Positions 1 to 10,299 of a stretch of 64,000 nucleotides of DNA are shown here, in pieces. Numbering within the stretch: position 1 is the first letter of the stretch; each line of letters opens with the position of its first letter. The notes beneath the pieces were generated by a model. That model searched no databases and was not told the origin of the DNA. It saw nothing but the letters and a program-made list of their open reading frames with translations. The stretch comes from Candidatus Thorarchaeota archaeon (lineage in GTDB: Archaea > Asgardarchaeota > Thorarchaeia > Thorarchaeales > Thorarchaeaceae), in NCBI GenBank assembly GCA_048882485.1, contig JBHLRP010000004.1, positions 46,896-110,895 on the forward strand, read 5' to 3'. The translations under genes were made by a program, and so were the position numbers.

Positions 1-539
1 TTGCCTTCCAGGTACTCGCCAGCTCTTGCGCTTCCTCGACCAATTACTACTGCCAAATATCCCCAATAAGTGCCCACTGGATCAGTCACATAAAGGCGTG
101 GCGTATCATCATGATCTGCTGAGCCAATAATCATAGCAACACCGTAGGGTCTTGCTCCGCCCCCCTGAGTAAACTGGGCTTTCACATCACATATATGCTC
201 AGCTAGAACTTCTCCAGGAATTGGCTCCTCGTAGGTCAGCCAATATGATTGCGCCTTGATTCTGGCCTCCTGAATCAGTTTTCGCGCATCTGCCATGAGT
301 CCAGATGTCGCTACACCGATGTGTTCATCGATCTTTGAAATCTTCTCTATGCTGTCTGGCTCTTGAAGATCCTTGATGTTCTTCTCTGCGAGCAGCACAA
401 TTCCTTCATTCACAAGGATTCCAATCGATGTAGCTCCTTGTTCGACTGCTTTCTTGGCATATTCTGCCGCGAAAATGCGTCCTTCAGGGCTGAAGATGCT
501 GGTTGACATATCATACCCCGCACCAGATATCCCAAACAC
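1..539 (-). CDS. psmA: Proteasome subunit alpha (3' end runs off the window)
   Basis: Not in the ORF track. Manual translation from GTG at 539 gives MFGISGAGYDMSTSIFSPEGRIFAAEYAKKAVEQGATSIGI, matching the proteasome alpha N-terminal signature YDxxxxxFSPxGR. GGAGG SD just upstream. Confidence 0.95.
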   Translation of the reverse strand, partial: MFGISGAGYDMSTSIFSPEGRIFAAEYAKKAVEQGATSIGILVNEGIVLLAEKNIKDLQEPDSIEKISKIDEHIGVATSGLMADARKLIQEARIKAQSYWLTYEEPIPGEVLAEHICDVKAQFTQGGGARPYGVAMIIGSADHDDTPRLYVTDPVGTYWGYLAVVIGRGSARAGEYLEG

Positions 540-740
540 GGTGTTTTCCTCCAAGTAGTCAACCTGTCTCTATCCGGAAGCCAGAGCCTCACAGTGGGCA
601 ACGCCTGACAATTCCGAATAGTTACTGTCAAACTCCTTTGTTTTACCAGCCCTCGGCATTTCTGCATCCTAGGCTCAAATGGCCTTCGTTGACCTAGACT
701 CATAAAGCTTCTGGTGTGAATGTAGAAACTTTGTAATCAA

Positions 741-1139
741 TCACTCTTGCAGCATGTATAGATACACAATAATCGCCAATGAAAGCAACAGCGTGACTAT
801 GGCCACACCAGATTCAAACATCAGGAAGGTCATCACAAAGACTACGATGGTGAGGAGAATTAGCTCCACCCATCCTGCTCGAATCTGAGTCATATAGAGG
901 CGAATATTGACCACCGTGATTGTGAGAAAGAGAAACATCCCTGACATGACCAGTATCTCGATTATGAGAGCAAGAAATGGATTCATGTCATTCAGCGCGC
1001 CAACGGGACTTGTATTAATGACATCTGGAGCAGACCATGCCCAAAGTGCCAATCCGAGGCTCAAGAGAACCACTGTAAGAATAACCGTGATGATAGTGGA
1101 CCGTATAATTTCGCTTCTTTCAGGAATCTCGTCGCTCAA
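741..1139 (-). CDS. Small hypothetical membrane protein (about 4 TM)
   Basis: 132 aa, four hydrophobic segments, no recognisable motif. Confidence 0.75.
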   Translation of the reverse strand: MSDEIPERSEIIRSTIITVILTVVLLSLGLALWAWSAPDVINTSPVGALNDMNPFLALIIEILVMSGMFLFLTITVVNIRLYMTQIRAGWVELILLTIVVFVMTFLMFESGVAIVTLLLSLAIIVYLYMLQE

Positions 1140-1293
1140 TGTCTCTCACACCGGGCCTTGGAGTCCGAGATGTTTCCGTGTCACACTTAAAGATACCGAC
1201 CGATTAAAGGTCGTTCCCCTTTTGAGAACATGAATGAATGTAGGTGCTTGATGTGAAATGAATTTAAGAGAGGCCCCTGCCTGACAAAGCGCG

Positions 1294-2754
1294 GTGCATG
1301 GCGTGGGCAGAATCACATCGTACTTCGGTCTACCTGAAGACAAACCACATGTGATTAGACTCACCAGTATTGCGCTATCACTGAGTACGTTCATGGAAGC
1401 CACAATTACAATCTCAACGACGTTCTATCTCATTTTTGTTGCAGAGGCTCTAGGACAAGGAGATTTCATAGCTGGCATGACCCTAGTTGCTGTTCTGGTG
1501 ATAATACAAATGGCTGTTCAAACCATTTTCGACTATCCAACAGGAGTCATTGGCGACTGGATAGGTCAACGTTACATCCTAGCCACATCATACTTCACAT
1601 ACGCAGCTGCATTCTACGTTGTGTCGCTAGTGACAAGCACGACTCCAATTATATTGCTTGTCCTCGTCTACATTCTAATGGGCTTCGCTGGATCGCAACA
1701 GAGCGGAGCGCTCGGCAGTTGGTTTGATAACAATTGGAGAGTCGCAATGCCTGAAGATGAAGGACGCAAGCAGTATGGGGTGCTTCAAGGCAAGTGGGGA
1801 ATGATATCTTGGCTAGCAAATGTCCTCATTCTCATTCCAGGAGGCATTCTGGCTACACTGTTTGCTCGTGCATGGGTATTTCAAGCGCAATCAGTGCTTT
1901 GTATCGTCATAGCCCTTGCATCATGGAGATTAGTACGGAATCTTCCTGAAGCTGATCAGAACAGGCAGACAAAGCCAGACTTGGGCGAATATATCTCGCT
2001 ATTGAAAGAAGGTGTAACATATCTGTTCAGCAGTCAGTACGTGAAGTATCTCTTACTTGGTTCAATGCTTGTCAACAGCGTTATTGCAGTATGGAGCAAC
2101 CTCATCCTATTCCCGATGTACTACACATACTTGGTATCCGACGTGGCTGTGGCTAGCTTCCGTACGATTGTCATGGTTCCTCTTGTGGTATATAGCGAGA
2201 GAAGTGGAAACTGGGCAAAGAAATACGATCCGGAGAGGTGGATACCTCGTTTCAGATTCATTCAGACGTGCGGGGCTGTGTTCTTCTGGGTGTTCGCAGT
2301 ATTGATGATTGTGTTTCAACCGCCTCCTGCGAGCTCACCAATGATAGACTACATCCTGCCGGGTACGGACATTCTATTGCTTAGAGTCCCTATAGCATCA
2401 CTAGTGCCAGTGTTCCTAATGATTGCTATGTTCTTTGTCTGTGGCGCTTTCCTACAACTTGGAGGAGTTCTGACTGCACGTGTCTTCGTTGATGCGATTC
2501 CAAACAGAGTGAGGAACGGCGTTTACTCTTTGTTCCCAACTGTGGTGTTGATTTTCGCAATACCTCAGATTGCGTTCTTTGGATGGTTGATTCCATTACT
2601 GGGAATTTCAGCCACTCTTTTCCTATGTGGATGCATATCGACAATAGGCGTGTTGATGATTCGTAGGGGTCTAAGCTATCCGAAACCATGGATTCAAGAC
2701 CCTGAATATCATCTAGAACAAGAGCCTGACCGTCAGGCCGAGGAGGAGTTTTAG
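1294..2754 (+). CDS. MFS transporter
   Basis: About 12 hydrophobic helices; MFS motif A-like PTGVIGDWIGQR. Confidence 0.85.
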   Translation: MHGVGRITSYFGLPEDKPHVIRLTSIALSLSTFMEATITISTTFYLIFVAEALGQGDFIAGMTLVAVLVIIQMAVQTIFDYPTGVIGDWIGQRYILATSYFTYAAAFYVVSLVTSTTPIILLVLVYILMGFAGSQQSGALGSWFDNNWRVAMPEDEGRKQYGVLQGKWGMISWLANVLILIPGGILATLFARAWVFQAQSVLCIVIALASWRLVRNLPEADQNRQTKPDLGEYISLLKEGVTYLFSSQYVKYLLLGSMLVNSVIAVWSNLILFPMYYTYLVSDVAVASFRTIVMVPLVVYSERSGNWAKKYDPERWIPRFRFIQTCGAVFFWVFAVLMIVFQPPPASSPMIDYILPGTDILLLRVPIASLVPVFLMIAMFFVCGAFLQLGGVLTARVFVDAIPNRVRNGVYSLFPTVVLIFAIPQIAFFGWLIPLLGISATLFLCGCISTIGVLMIRRGLSYPKPWIQDPEYHLEQEPDRQAEEEF

Positions 2755-3071
2755 AACTCGACAGAGGTCCCAAGTCGCATGTTATAGACTTGGAACTCTA
2801 GTTCAGTCAGTTCATCCTGAAGCTTGCGATATTTCTTATCGAATTCATCTTGACCGATGGTTCCAGCCTTCTTCTCCATCACAAGTCTCTTTAGCTCGCT
2901 TTGACGCTCTCTTATCTTCTCCTTGATCTCTTCCCAGTGACTACGGTGGGTGGATACCGATTTGCCCCAGCTCTCACTCGACTTAGAATCCTGCTCGAGC
3001 TTGTCAACTACTTCATCGAGAGAGCTCTTAATCTTCTCAGCATCTTTGCTGTCCTCTTTCAGGCTCAACAC
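2751..3071 (-). CDS. Small coiled-coil protein with a SHOCT/CdvA-like C-terminal motif
   Basis: Charged helical sequence with KKAGTIGQDEFDKKYRKL; start moved to GTG/TTG (3071/3068) behind a GAGGTGA SD. Confidence 0.6.
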   Translation of the reverse strand: MLSLKEDSKDAEKIKSSLDEVVDKLEQDSKSSESWGKSVSTHRSHWEEIKEKIRERQSELKRLVMEKKAGTIGQDEFDKKYRKLQDELTELEFQVYNMRLGTSVEF

Positions 3072-3126
3072 CACCTTCACCTCGATTTTGATTCGATATA
3101 TGCGTTGAGATGAGGCTGTAAACGGT

Positions 3127-4053
3127 CTATCCAAGCAAGAAGGGTAGTATCGGCACCACAGGGAGAAGTAGAAGGGTCCCTATTGTAACCGCCGTTGCTG
3201 CTGATTCTGTGTCCAGCTTTAGACCACCAGCGAATACTACAGTGAACACTGCAGGTGGCATGAGCGCCTCAATGAAAACGACCTTCGTCGCCAAATCTGA
3301 TAGGGCAAAAAGGAACAGCAGAATAACAATCATGATTGGAACAATCAATTGCCGGACTGCAGCCACTTCCAGACCGCCTATTACATCAACCCTGGAGAAT
3401 CGTGTGCCAATGCCAAGTCCAACAGTGACTAACGAGAGGTAGGTTGTGATGGTTCCGTTGAATGAGAGGATGGAAACGACTTCTGACGGCAATGTAACTC
3501 CGACAAGCAATAGCAAAATCGCGAGCAGGACAGCGATGAATGGAGGGAACTTTAGCCATTGTTCTGTCATGCTCCTCCAATTGGTGCCAGTATCACTATA
3601 TCTCGAACCAATCATCGATCCCAAGCTGACTAGGAGAAGCATCTGTGTCAGCGAGAACATGATAACAAAAGGCACCGCCTGTTCCCCAATGAATAAAATT
3701 GCCAATGGGAGAGGGATGAACAGAGCATTTTGAAATGTGGAGCAGAGCAGCAGAACCCCTTTTCTCCTGTTCTCAATTGTGCTGTTTCTGAGCCGAATAT
3801 ACATGATTAGCGTGCCAGAGAGATGCACAATCAGTGCAGCTAAGAGAACCAGAGGAATTTCAACCAAGGTTTCTAGAGAAGAGGTGAGTAGTGAGTAAAT
3901 GACAAGAATGGGTACCAGTAGGTTCACAAGAAGCGCTATCAGGTATTTGTTTACCTCTTGCCCCCGACCTGAAATCTTGGCGATGGCATAACCTATGACA
4001 ATCGAACCGTAGAAGGAGCCCAAGTTCAAGACGGGGTCCATTACCTGCAGCAC
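3127..4053 (-). CDS. AEC (auxin efflux carrier) family transporter
   Basis: About 10 TM; motifs FQNALFIPLP and EALMPPA typical of the AEC family. Confidence 0.85.
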   Translation of the reverse strand: MLQVMDPVLNLGSFYGSIVIGYAIAKISGRGQEVNKYLIALLVNLLVPILVIYSLLTSSLETLVEIPLVLLAALIVHLSGTLIMYIRLRNSTIENRRKGVLLLCSTFQNALFIPLPLAILFIGEQAVPFVIMFSLTQMLLLVSLGSMIGSRYSDTGTNWRSMTEQWLKFPPFIAVLLAILLLLVGVTLPSEVVSILSFNGTITTYLSLVTVGLGIGTRFSRVDVIGGLEVAAVRQLIVPIMIVILLFLFALSDLATKVVFIEALMPPAVFTVVFAGGLKLDTESAATAVTIGTLLLLPVVPILPFLLG

Positions 4054-4076
4054 TAACCACCAGCCTGTTACATCGT

Positions 4077-5855
4077 CTAGAGACCTAATCGCTCAAGTGT
4101 TTCAGAAGTGGGCGTTCCCGTTGTCCGATCCCATTCTCGATATTCATAGTAATCGTTCAGTTGTATTTCCATATCTGGTACAAAATCATCAGTAGCATAG
4201 TCAGGCAGTGGTTTTAGGAGTGGAGCAGGAAGACAGTCGTCTTCTGGCTTGAAACCACACTTGAGATTGAACAGCCGCTTCATTGTGACGGCTCGTGAAC
4301 CAATCAATAACACATCATTGCTAGTGAGTGACATACCTGTTGCTTTAGTCACAAGTTCCAGTATTGTATCAAGTGGTACTTGGGCAAAGTGGCACATCAT
4401 GATGGAGTCAAAAAATGCTCTGAAATCTTGGGCGCGGGCAGCAATATTCCCCTTTCCTTCATTCTCCAATCGATCTCCGGAGTAGATTCCTATCGATCGC
4501 TCTTCCATTCCGCCCATGTCAACACTATACATGTCGCCCTCCATGTGGCTTGCACCTCTTGATGCAGTTGCATATACAGTACCCATCCCTGCGAATGCTC
4601 TAGGGTCATGGTTTGGCACTTCTTGGCCTTTAACATGAATGACTAAGTCCGATGCATTGTGCCTTTTCGCAAAGCGAAAGGAACCCTCAGCCAGCTCATT
4701 ACCAATGCCTGACCGTGTCCCGATAGCATGGATAAGCTCAATGGCTCTATCTGCATCTCCCCACTCAAGACCGATATCCAGCTGTCCGAGATCACATAGG
4801 TGTGCAGCAAATGCTATTGTACTACCGCAACTAATGGTGTCCAGTCCGTACTGGTTGCAAAGATTGTTGATGACTGACACCTTCTTCAGATCAGAAACCA
4901 TCAGATTGGACCCAAATGCTGCAATTGTCTGGAACTCAGGTCCTGCCACCTTTTTGAGGCCATGCTCTGGCAAGGTAATCACTCGTCCGCATGCGATAGG
5001 ACACGAATAGCAGGCTGTTCTGCCAGTCAGGAACTCTTTCATCGCCGTAGAAGTCAATGAATCGTATTCAAACTCAGTTTCCTGAAAATACTTGATGGGC
5101 ATGTCATTGAACATCATCCCGACTTCAACATACATAGAAGTGCCTGAATCGCGAAGATGATGCATAACTTCACCCAGAATCTTTGATGATTCTCTGGCAA
5201 GACTCGTGAAGCCCTCAGGATCAGCCACTTGTACTCTCTTCGAGCCTGCAATTGTGATTGCTTTCAATTTCTTCGAGCCCATCACTGCTCCCAATCCACA
5301 TCTAGCTGCAGCTCTCTCATCCGTCAAGATGGCTGCGAATTTGACGAGATTCTCTCCTGCAGGGCCTATGCAGGCTACACGAACGCGTCCGAGTTTTTTC
5401 TTCAGAGCCTTCTGAACTTCATCCGTCTTCATGCCCCATAGTTCTTCGCCAGAAACGATTCCAGCTTCACCTTCATTGATGCGTACAACAACGGGGTCGT
5501 CAGACCTTCCCTTGATGAGGATTCCATCGAAACCAGAGAATTTCAGATTCGCACCAAAATGCCCGCCCACATGTGCTTCACCCCAGATACCAGTCAAAGG
5601 GGACTTCCCGCAGACTACAAGCCGGCCGGTGCTTGGAGCCAAGGTGCCTGTCAAAGGTCCAGTCATAAATAATAACATGTTATCTGGACCTAGAGGATCT
5701 ACAGAAGGATCCATGATATCATGCAGGAGCTTGCTTGCATAGCCACTACCACCAATGAATTTTGAGGCAATCTGCTCGTCGATGGGAAGAAGGGATGTCG
5801 TCTTTTCCGTAAGGTCAACTACAAGTATTTGACCCATATACCCATGCATGTTCAT
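4077..5855 (-). CDS. aor: Aldehyde:ferredoxin oxidoreductase family (tungstopterin)
   Basis: KSPLTG, IGPAGENLV, GAVMGSKKLKA, CYSCPIAC and GLDTIS motifs. Start taken at the ATG behind a GGAG SD. Confidence 0.95.
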   Translation of the reverse strand: MNMHGYMGQILVVDLTEKTTSLLPIDEQIASKFIGGSGYASKLLHDIMDPSVDPLGPDNMLLFMTGPLTGTLAPSTGRLVVCGKSPLTGIWGEAHVGGHFGANLKFSGFDGILIKGRSDDPVVVRINEGEAGIVSGEELWGMKTDEVQKALKKKLGRVRVACIGPAGENLVKFAAILTDERAAARCGLGAVMGSKKLKAITIAGSKRVQVADPEGFTSLARESSKILGEVMHHLRDSGTSMYVEVGMMFNDMPIKYFQETEFEYDSLTSTAMKEFLTGRTACYSCPIACGRVITLPEHGLKKVAGPEFQTIAAFGSNLMVSDLKKVSVINNLCNQYGLDTISCGSTIAFAAHLCDLGQLDIGLEWGDADRAIELIHAIGTRSGIGNELAEGSFRFAKRHNASDLVIHVKGQEVPNHDPRAFAGMGTVYATASRGASHMEGDMYSVDMGGMEERSIGIYSGDRLENEGKGNIAARAQDFRAFFDSIMMCHFAQVPLDTILELVTKATGMSLTSNDVLLIGSRAVTMKRLFNLKCGFKPEDDCLPAPLLKPLPDYATDDFVPDMEIQLNDYYEYREWDRTTGTPTSETLERLGL

Positions 5856-5860
5856 TTCTC

Positions 5861-6499
5861 CTAGAAATCCCTCATGATTTCCCACAGGTCTTCCTCATCC
5901 TCAACAACATCCTCAGGAAGAGGAATGGGGTCGCCAGCCCGCAGCGCCAGCAGATAAATCCGGCAGGTTCTCTCGAGAAGGATGGCATTGTCAAGAGCCT
6001 TTCTGATATTGTTCCCACAAGTCACGGCACCATGATTAGCAATAAGCACCGCACTTCTCCTGTCCATGGCCTCAACGACATTCTTAGCCAAGTCCTTTGT
6101 CCCTGGCATCGCATAGGAAGTGACGCGAATCTCACCACCCAGCTTTGGAACTACCTCATCCAGTATTGGAGGAAGAGGCTTTTGGAGAACAGCTAGGGCT
6201 GTGGCATATACGCTGTGAGAATGAACAACTGCGTTTGCATCGTTTCGCTGCCTGTATATCTCTAGATGCGTTGGGATTTCGACACTAGCATTCCGATCAG
6301 CTTCAATGACATCACCCTCCATATTTACCACGACTATATCGTCTATAGACATATTGGCGTAGGGGACTGAGCTTGGTGTGATAACTGCATGCTCATCATT
6401 CACTCGGATGCTCGCGTTGCCAGCTGAGATGATGACTAGGTCCTTTCTAATCATCTCACCACAAGCTGTTAGAAGTTCCTCTTTCTCAGTTTCATACAT
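5861..6499 (-). CDS. Class II aldolase/adducin family (L-fuculose-phosphate aldolase-like)
   Basis: AGNASIR, ITPSS, ASVE, VVHSHS and IANHGA Zn-binding motifs. Confidence 0.92.
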   Translation of the reverse strand: MYETEKEELLTACGEMIRKDLVIISAGNASIRVNDEHAVITPSSVPYANMSIDDIVVVNMEGDVIEADRNASVEIPTHLEIYRQRNDANAVVHSHSVYATALAVLQKPLPPILDEVVPKLGGEIRVTSYAMPGTKDLAKNVVEAMDRRSAVLIANHGAVTCGNNIRKALDNAILLERTCRIYLLALRAGDPIPLPEDVVEDEEDLWEIMRDF

Positions 6500-8004
6500 T
6501 ATTCGTCACTTCCTAAGGACCATATCTCTTTCCAGCGAGAGTAGTAGAAATCATACTCAGACGCCCGCTCATCTGGTATCAGTGTTGGTTGCCATGACAC
6601 CATTGCTTCTGAAGCCTTCCTGAGATCAGTATACCAGCCTGCTCCAACTGCAGCGCAGATAGAGGCTCCGATGAGGCTGCCTTCGAACTCCTTGGGATTC
6701 ATCACTGGCTTTCGTATGGCATTACTAAGAATCTGTCGCCAGACCTGCGATCTTGAGATACCACCAATTGCTTTTACAACTGGAGGGTTCTCATACTCTT
6801 GTAATTGCTCTATATTTCCCCGTACTGCAAACGCTATATTCTCAAGAACTGCATGAATCAGACTGGCTGAGTCGAGAGGTCTGACCTGGGGCAATGCCGG
6901 CTGTGGAAAATGAAGCCGAGCCAGGGGTATGTCAGCCATTCTAGTTGAGTCCATGATTCTGGGTCCTAGACCAGCAAAAGCCTCGTTGCTTCCCGGGGGA
7001 ACATCCTTGAGAAGCTCTGGCAATCTGTCAAATGTCTTCTCTCTGCATCTAGCAGGATTCTCAGAGAGCTCGCATAATAGCCCTATGACCCATTCGATAT
7101 ATGCCCCAGTGAGCATTGCATTACTCTCTAATGTCCACATGCCTGGGACCATATGACAGGAAGACCATAGTGTCTGTTCAGAGGAGCAGACATGATTGTC
7201 CAATGTGAGCATCACAGGAGTTGTACTGCCTGCAATGACTGTGATTTCTCCAGGACTAGCTTGCGCGGCAAGGAGAGCACAATGTGTGTCAGTGCCACCT
7301 TGGATGACAGGTGTACCCTCAGGAAGTCCTGAGTCCTTAGCTGCATTGGGTGTGATACTTCCAACAACCTCACCAGCCTTTCGCAGGCTGGGAAAAATGG
7401 CTTTGTCAATACCCAACGCCGAGAGTATCTCCTCACCCCAATTCCGAGCCTTAATGTCGTAACATCCAGTAGCACTGGCAGAGGCTGGCTCTGTGACATA
7501 CTCACCGCTGAGCCTAAAAGTAATCCAGTCGTTGATTGGAAGAACGTGGGCCACAGCCTCACGAATCTCAGGCTCCTCCTCCTCAAACCAAGCCATTCTC
7601 GCAGGAGTAAACATCAGGGGGGGCCAGCAACCTGTGACCTCCAAGAACTTCTTTCCTAGAGCTTCTTCGACTACATATTGGGACATAGCGCCCCGTGCAT
7701 CGATATTTGGACCACTATAAAGCTCTTTTCCATCAGCATCTAGAAATACTACTCCATGACGCTGACTCGTGGTGGCCACGCTTTCAATCTTTGAAGAGGG
7801 CAGTCCAGAGACCTTCACTGCCTCCTTGGTCACAGTGCATATCAAATCCCAGAAGTGAGAAGGGTCGAACTCTTTTGCTATCTCAAGAAATTCAGGGGTT
7901 TCATATCCCCACGTCCTCCTTCCAAGACCTAGAACCTCTCCTCGTTTTCCAACAATCATGCAACGAACGCCAGTCGTACCAGCATCTATCGCAGCAACAG
8001 GCAC
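6499..8004 (-). CDS. FGGY-family carbohydrate kinase (LsrK/xylulokinase-like)
   Basis: AIDAGTTGVRC, TSQRHG, NIDAR, GGTD, IGGISRSQVW motifs. Confidence 0.92.
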   Translation of the reverse strand: MPVAAIDAGTTGVRCMIVGKRGEVLGLGRRTWGYETPEFLEIAKEFDPSHFWDLICTVTKEAVKVSGLPSSKIESVATTSQRHGVVFLDADGKELYSGPNIDARGAMSQYVVEEALGKKFLEVTGCWPPLMFTPARMAWFEEEEPEIREAVAHVLPINDWITFRLSGEYVTEPASASATGCYDIKARNWGEEILSALGIDKAIFPSLRKAGEVVGSITPNAAKDSGLPEGTPVIQGGTDTHCALLAAQASPGEITVIAGSTTPVMLTLDNHVCSSEQTLWSSCHMVPGMWTLESNAMLTGAYIEWVIGLLCELSENPARCREKTFDRLPELLKDVPPGSNEAFAGLGPRIMDSTRMADIPLARLHFPQPALPQVRPLDSASLIHAVLENIAFAVRGNIEQLQEYENPPVVKAIGGISRSQVWRQILSNAIRKPVMNPKEFEGSLIGASICAAVGAGWYTDLRKASEAMVSWQPTLIPDERASEYDFYYSRWKEIWSLGSDE

Positions 8005-8005
8005 T

Positions 8006-9022
8006 CTAGATCACCCCCTTCTTCAGGACTTCAGGATTTAGCACATTCTCTGGACGATCACCGTTGAGGATTGCTCTAATGTCCCTTGCAATCATCATGG
8101 ACTGTCGCTCAATCGTGTCAACAGTATTGCCTCCAATATGCGGAGTCACAATAACATTTTCCAATTCCAGAAACTCATTATCACAGTCCACTGGCTCCAT
8201 TGAGAATACATCGAGACCAGCACCTGCAATTGATCCTGACTCTAATGCTTGACGAAGTGCATGCTCATCTGTAATTGATGCACGGGCAGTGTTGATGAAG
8301 ATCGCACTCTTCTTCATCATTCCAAACTGCTCAGCTCCAAGCATTCCTTTGGTCTCATCTGTCGGTGGGCAGTGGACTGTCACTATGTCTGAATTCCTCA
8401 GAAGCTCCTCCAAAGAAACTTGCTTTGCATCCACTTCATTTAGTTTCTCTTGAAACACATAGGGATCAAAGACTAGAATTTCAACACCAAAAGCTTGCAG
8501 TCGCTTTGCAACTTCGTGTCCGATTTTTCCTAGACCAATGATTCCAACAGTCCTGCCATGCAGTTCGAAACCTGTTGTGGTCATGTACATGCGTGCAAAG
8601 TCAGAATAGTCATCAACCATGAAGTCATTCTTCAGTAGACGGTCCGCTGTCACGATTCGACGTGCTTGACTTAACATCAGAGTGATGGTCAGCTCGGCTA
8701 CCGCAATTGTGTTTCTGCCTGGTGCTCCAATCACTGGTATGTTCTTGGCTGTAGCTGCAGAAATCGAAACATTGTTGGGATTGTCTCTTGCTGAAGCTAT
8801 AATCTTCAAATCAGATTCCTCAATGACCTCTTCCTTAACCTCATCACCCTCAACAATTACAATGTCATAGCCACCGTCTTTGATGACGGGAAGGAGCTTG
8901 TCCCCGAGGTAGAGCTTGCCAGTCTCAAGCCAACTCTCATGTTGAACCTCTAGTCCTGCATCCTCAAGCAGTTTCAACCCCGACTCTGAGAAGGGCGCGG
9001 TGATTAGCACCTTCATGGTCAT
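8006..9022 (-). CDS. D-isomer-specific 2-hydroxyacid dehydrogenase (SerA-like)
   Basis: GIIGLGKIG Rossmann motif, INTARA, GLDVF, TPHIGG. Confidence 0.92.
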   Translation of the reverse strand: MTMKVLITAPFSESGLKLLEDAGLEVQHESWLETGKLYLGDKLLPVIKDGGYDIVIVEGDEVKEEVIEESDLKIIASARDNPNNVSISAATAKNIPVIGAPGRNTIAVAELTITLMLSQARRIVTADRLLKNDFMVDDYSDFARMYMTTTGFELHGRTVGIIGLGKIGHEVAKRLQAFGVEILVFDPYVFQEKLNEVDAKQVSLEELLRNSDIVTVHCPPTDETKGMLGAEQFGMMKKSAIFINTARASITDEHALRQALESGSIAGAGLDVFSMEPVDCDNEFLELENVIVTPHIGGNTVDTIERQSMMIARDIRAILNGDRPENVLNPEVLKKGVI

Positions 9023-9058
9023 AGTCCCCTAGATATCCAGCAGAGAGAGCGGTCCTAG

Positions 9059-9391
9059 CTACAGCATCAGCTTCTGTAGCTTGAGAAGGTCTGGAACCTC
9101 TCCCTTGGTCTTGAGCTTCCCAGCCTGATAGGCAGCCATAGGACTCTCACTCTTGTCCATAATCTTGAGAAAGACTATCGAGTCCATAGTCACAGTCATC
9201 TCAGCTTCTACGGTTCCCTCGGCAAGCTCCACTAGCTCGGCATCGCCTATCTTCATGTACATCTGAACATCAATGTCGGGGAAGATGAACTGGAGAGTCT
9301 TATGGAAATCCTTGAAACGCCGCTGAATCTTGGGATCTTCAAACCGCGTTCCCAGTTCTTTCAATTGCGCCAAAATCTCATCCTTAGTCAT
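9059..9391 (-). CDS. SCP2 sterol/lipid-binding domain protein
   Basis: 110 aa ending in the SCP2 pattern PMAAYQAGKLKTKGEVPDLLKL. Confidence 0.85.
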   Translation of the reverse strand: MTKDEILAQLKELGTRFEDPKIQRRFKDFHKTLQFIFPDIDVQMYMKIGDAELVELAEGTVEAEMTVTMDSIVFLKIMDKSESPMAAYQAGKLKTKGEVPDLLKLQKLML

Positions 9392-9540
9392 TCAAGCACC
9401 ACCCAGAATCGCGTGCATTATGCGATATATCTTGTGCGTATATGGACTGGATTTGGACGAAAAGTGAGTTTGCCGCACAAACTGCTTTGACCGACAAAAA
9501 GATTCCATATATTATATGCATTCTATGCGCGTGTTTATCC

Positions 9541-10299
9541 ATGTCAATTACAAAATCTGAACATGCGATAAAGATAGAGAACCTGACCAAGAGGTTTGAG
9601 GAAGTCACTGCGGTTGATGGACTTAACCTTGAGATTGGTTGGGGCGAACTGTTTGGCTTGCTTGGACCAAACGGTGCAGGCAAGACCACCGTAATCAATG
9701 TCCTCTGTACCATTCTTGAACCTACTGAAGGAGTTGCAGCCGTAGATGGTCACGATGTGGTGTTTGATGCAAATGCAGTTCGAGAGATAATCGGAGTCTG
9801 TCCTCAGGAACCAGCATTCTATGAGCACCTCACTGGGAGGGAGAACATCGAGCTCTTTGGAGACCTCCATGATGTACCAAGAGAAGTCCTAAAGGACCGA
9901 GTCGAGGACATGCTTGAAAAGATCGGGATGGTGGGAGATGCGGACAGACGTGCTGGTCAATACAGCGGTGGAATGATTCGCCGTGTCAGTACAGTGATGG
10001 CCCTCATTAATGATCCCCGAGTTGCACTGCTTGATGAGCCTACAGTAGCCATGGATCCTGTTTCGAGGCGTGCGGTGTGGGACTTCATCCGCGAGCTGCA
10101 AAACAACGGGAAAGCCATCATCCTGACGACTCACTATATGGAAGAAGCTGAAGAACTCTGTGACAGGGTTGGAATCATTGACCAAGGAAAGCTCATCGCC
10201 TTGGGCACTCCAAATGAGCTGATGGAGCAGCACAATGCTGAGGATCTCGAAGAGGTCTTCATCAAACTCACTGGAAAGCAACTTAGGGCGGTGGTCTAA
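9541..10299 (+). CDS. ABC-2 exporter ATP-binding subunit
   Basis: Walker A GPNGAGKT, signature YSGGM, Walker B LLDEPT, H-loop TTHYM; start moved to ATG 9541. Confidence 0.95.
   Translation: MSITKSEHAIKIENLTKRFEEVTAVDGLNLEIGWGELFGLLGPNGAGKTTVINVLCTILEPTEGVAAVDGHDVVFDANAVREIIGVCPQEPAFYEHLTGRENIELFGDLHDVPREVLKDRVEDMLEKIGMVGDADRRAGQYSGGMIRRVSTVMALINDPRVALLDEPTVAMDPVSRRAVWDFIRELQNNGKAIILTTHYMEEAEELCDRVGIIDQGKLIALGTPNELMEQHNAEDLEEVFIKLTGKQLRAVV

Noticed and set aside
410-703. 97-aa minus-strand ORF as a real gene or uORF
   Set aside because: Overlaps psmA by 130 nt out of frame and has no recognisable features.
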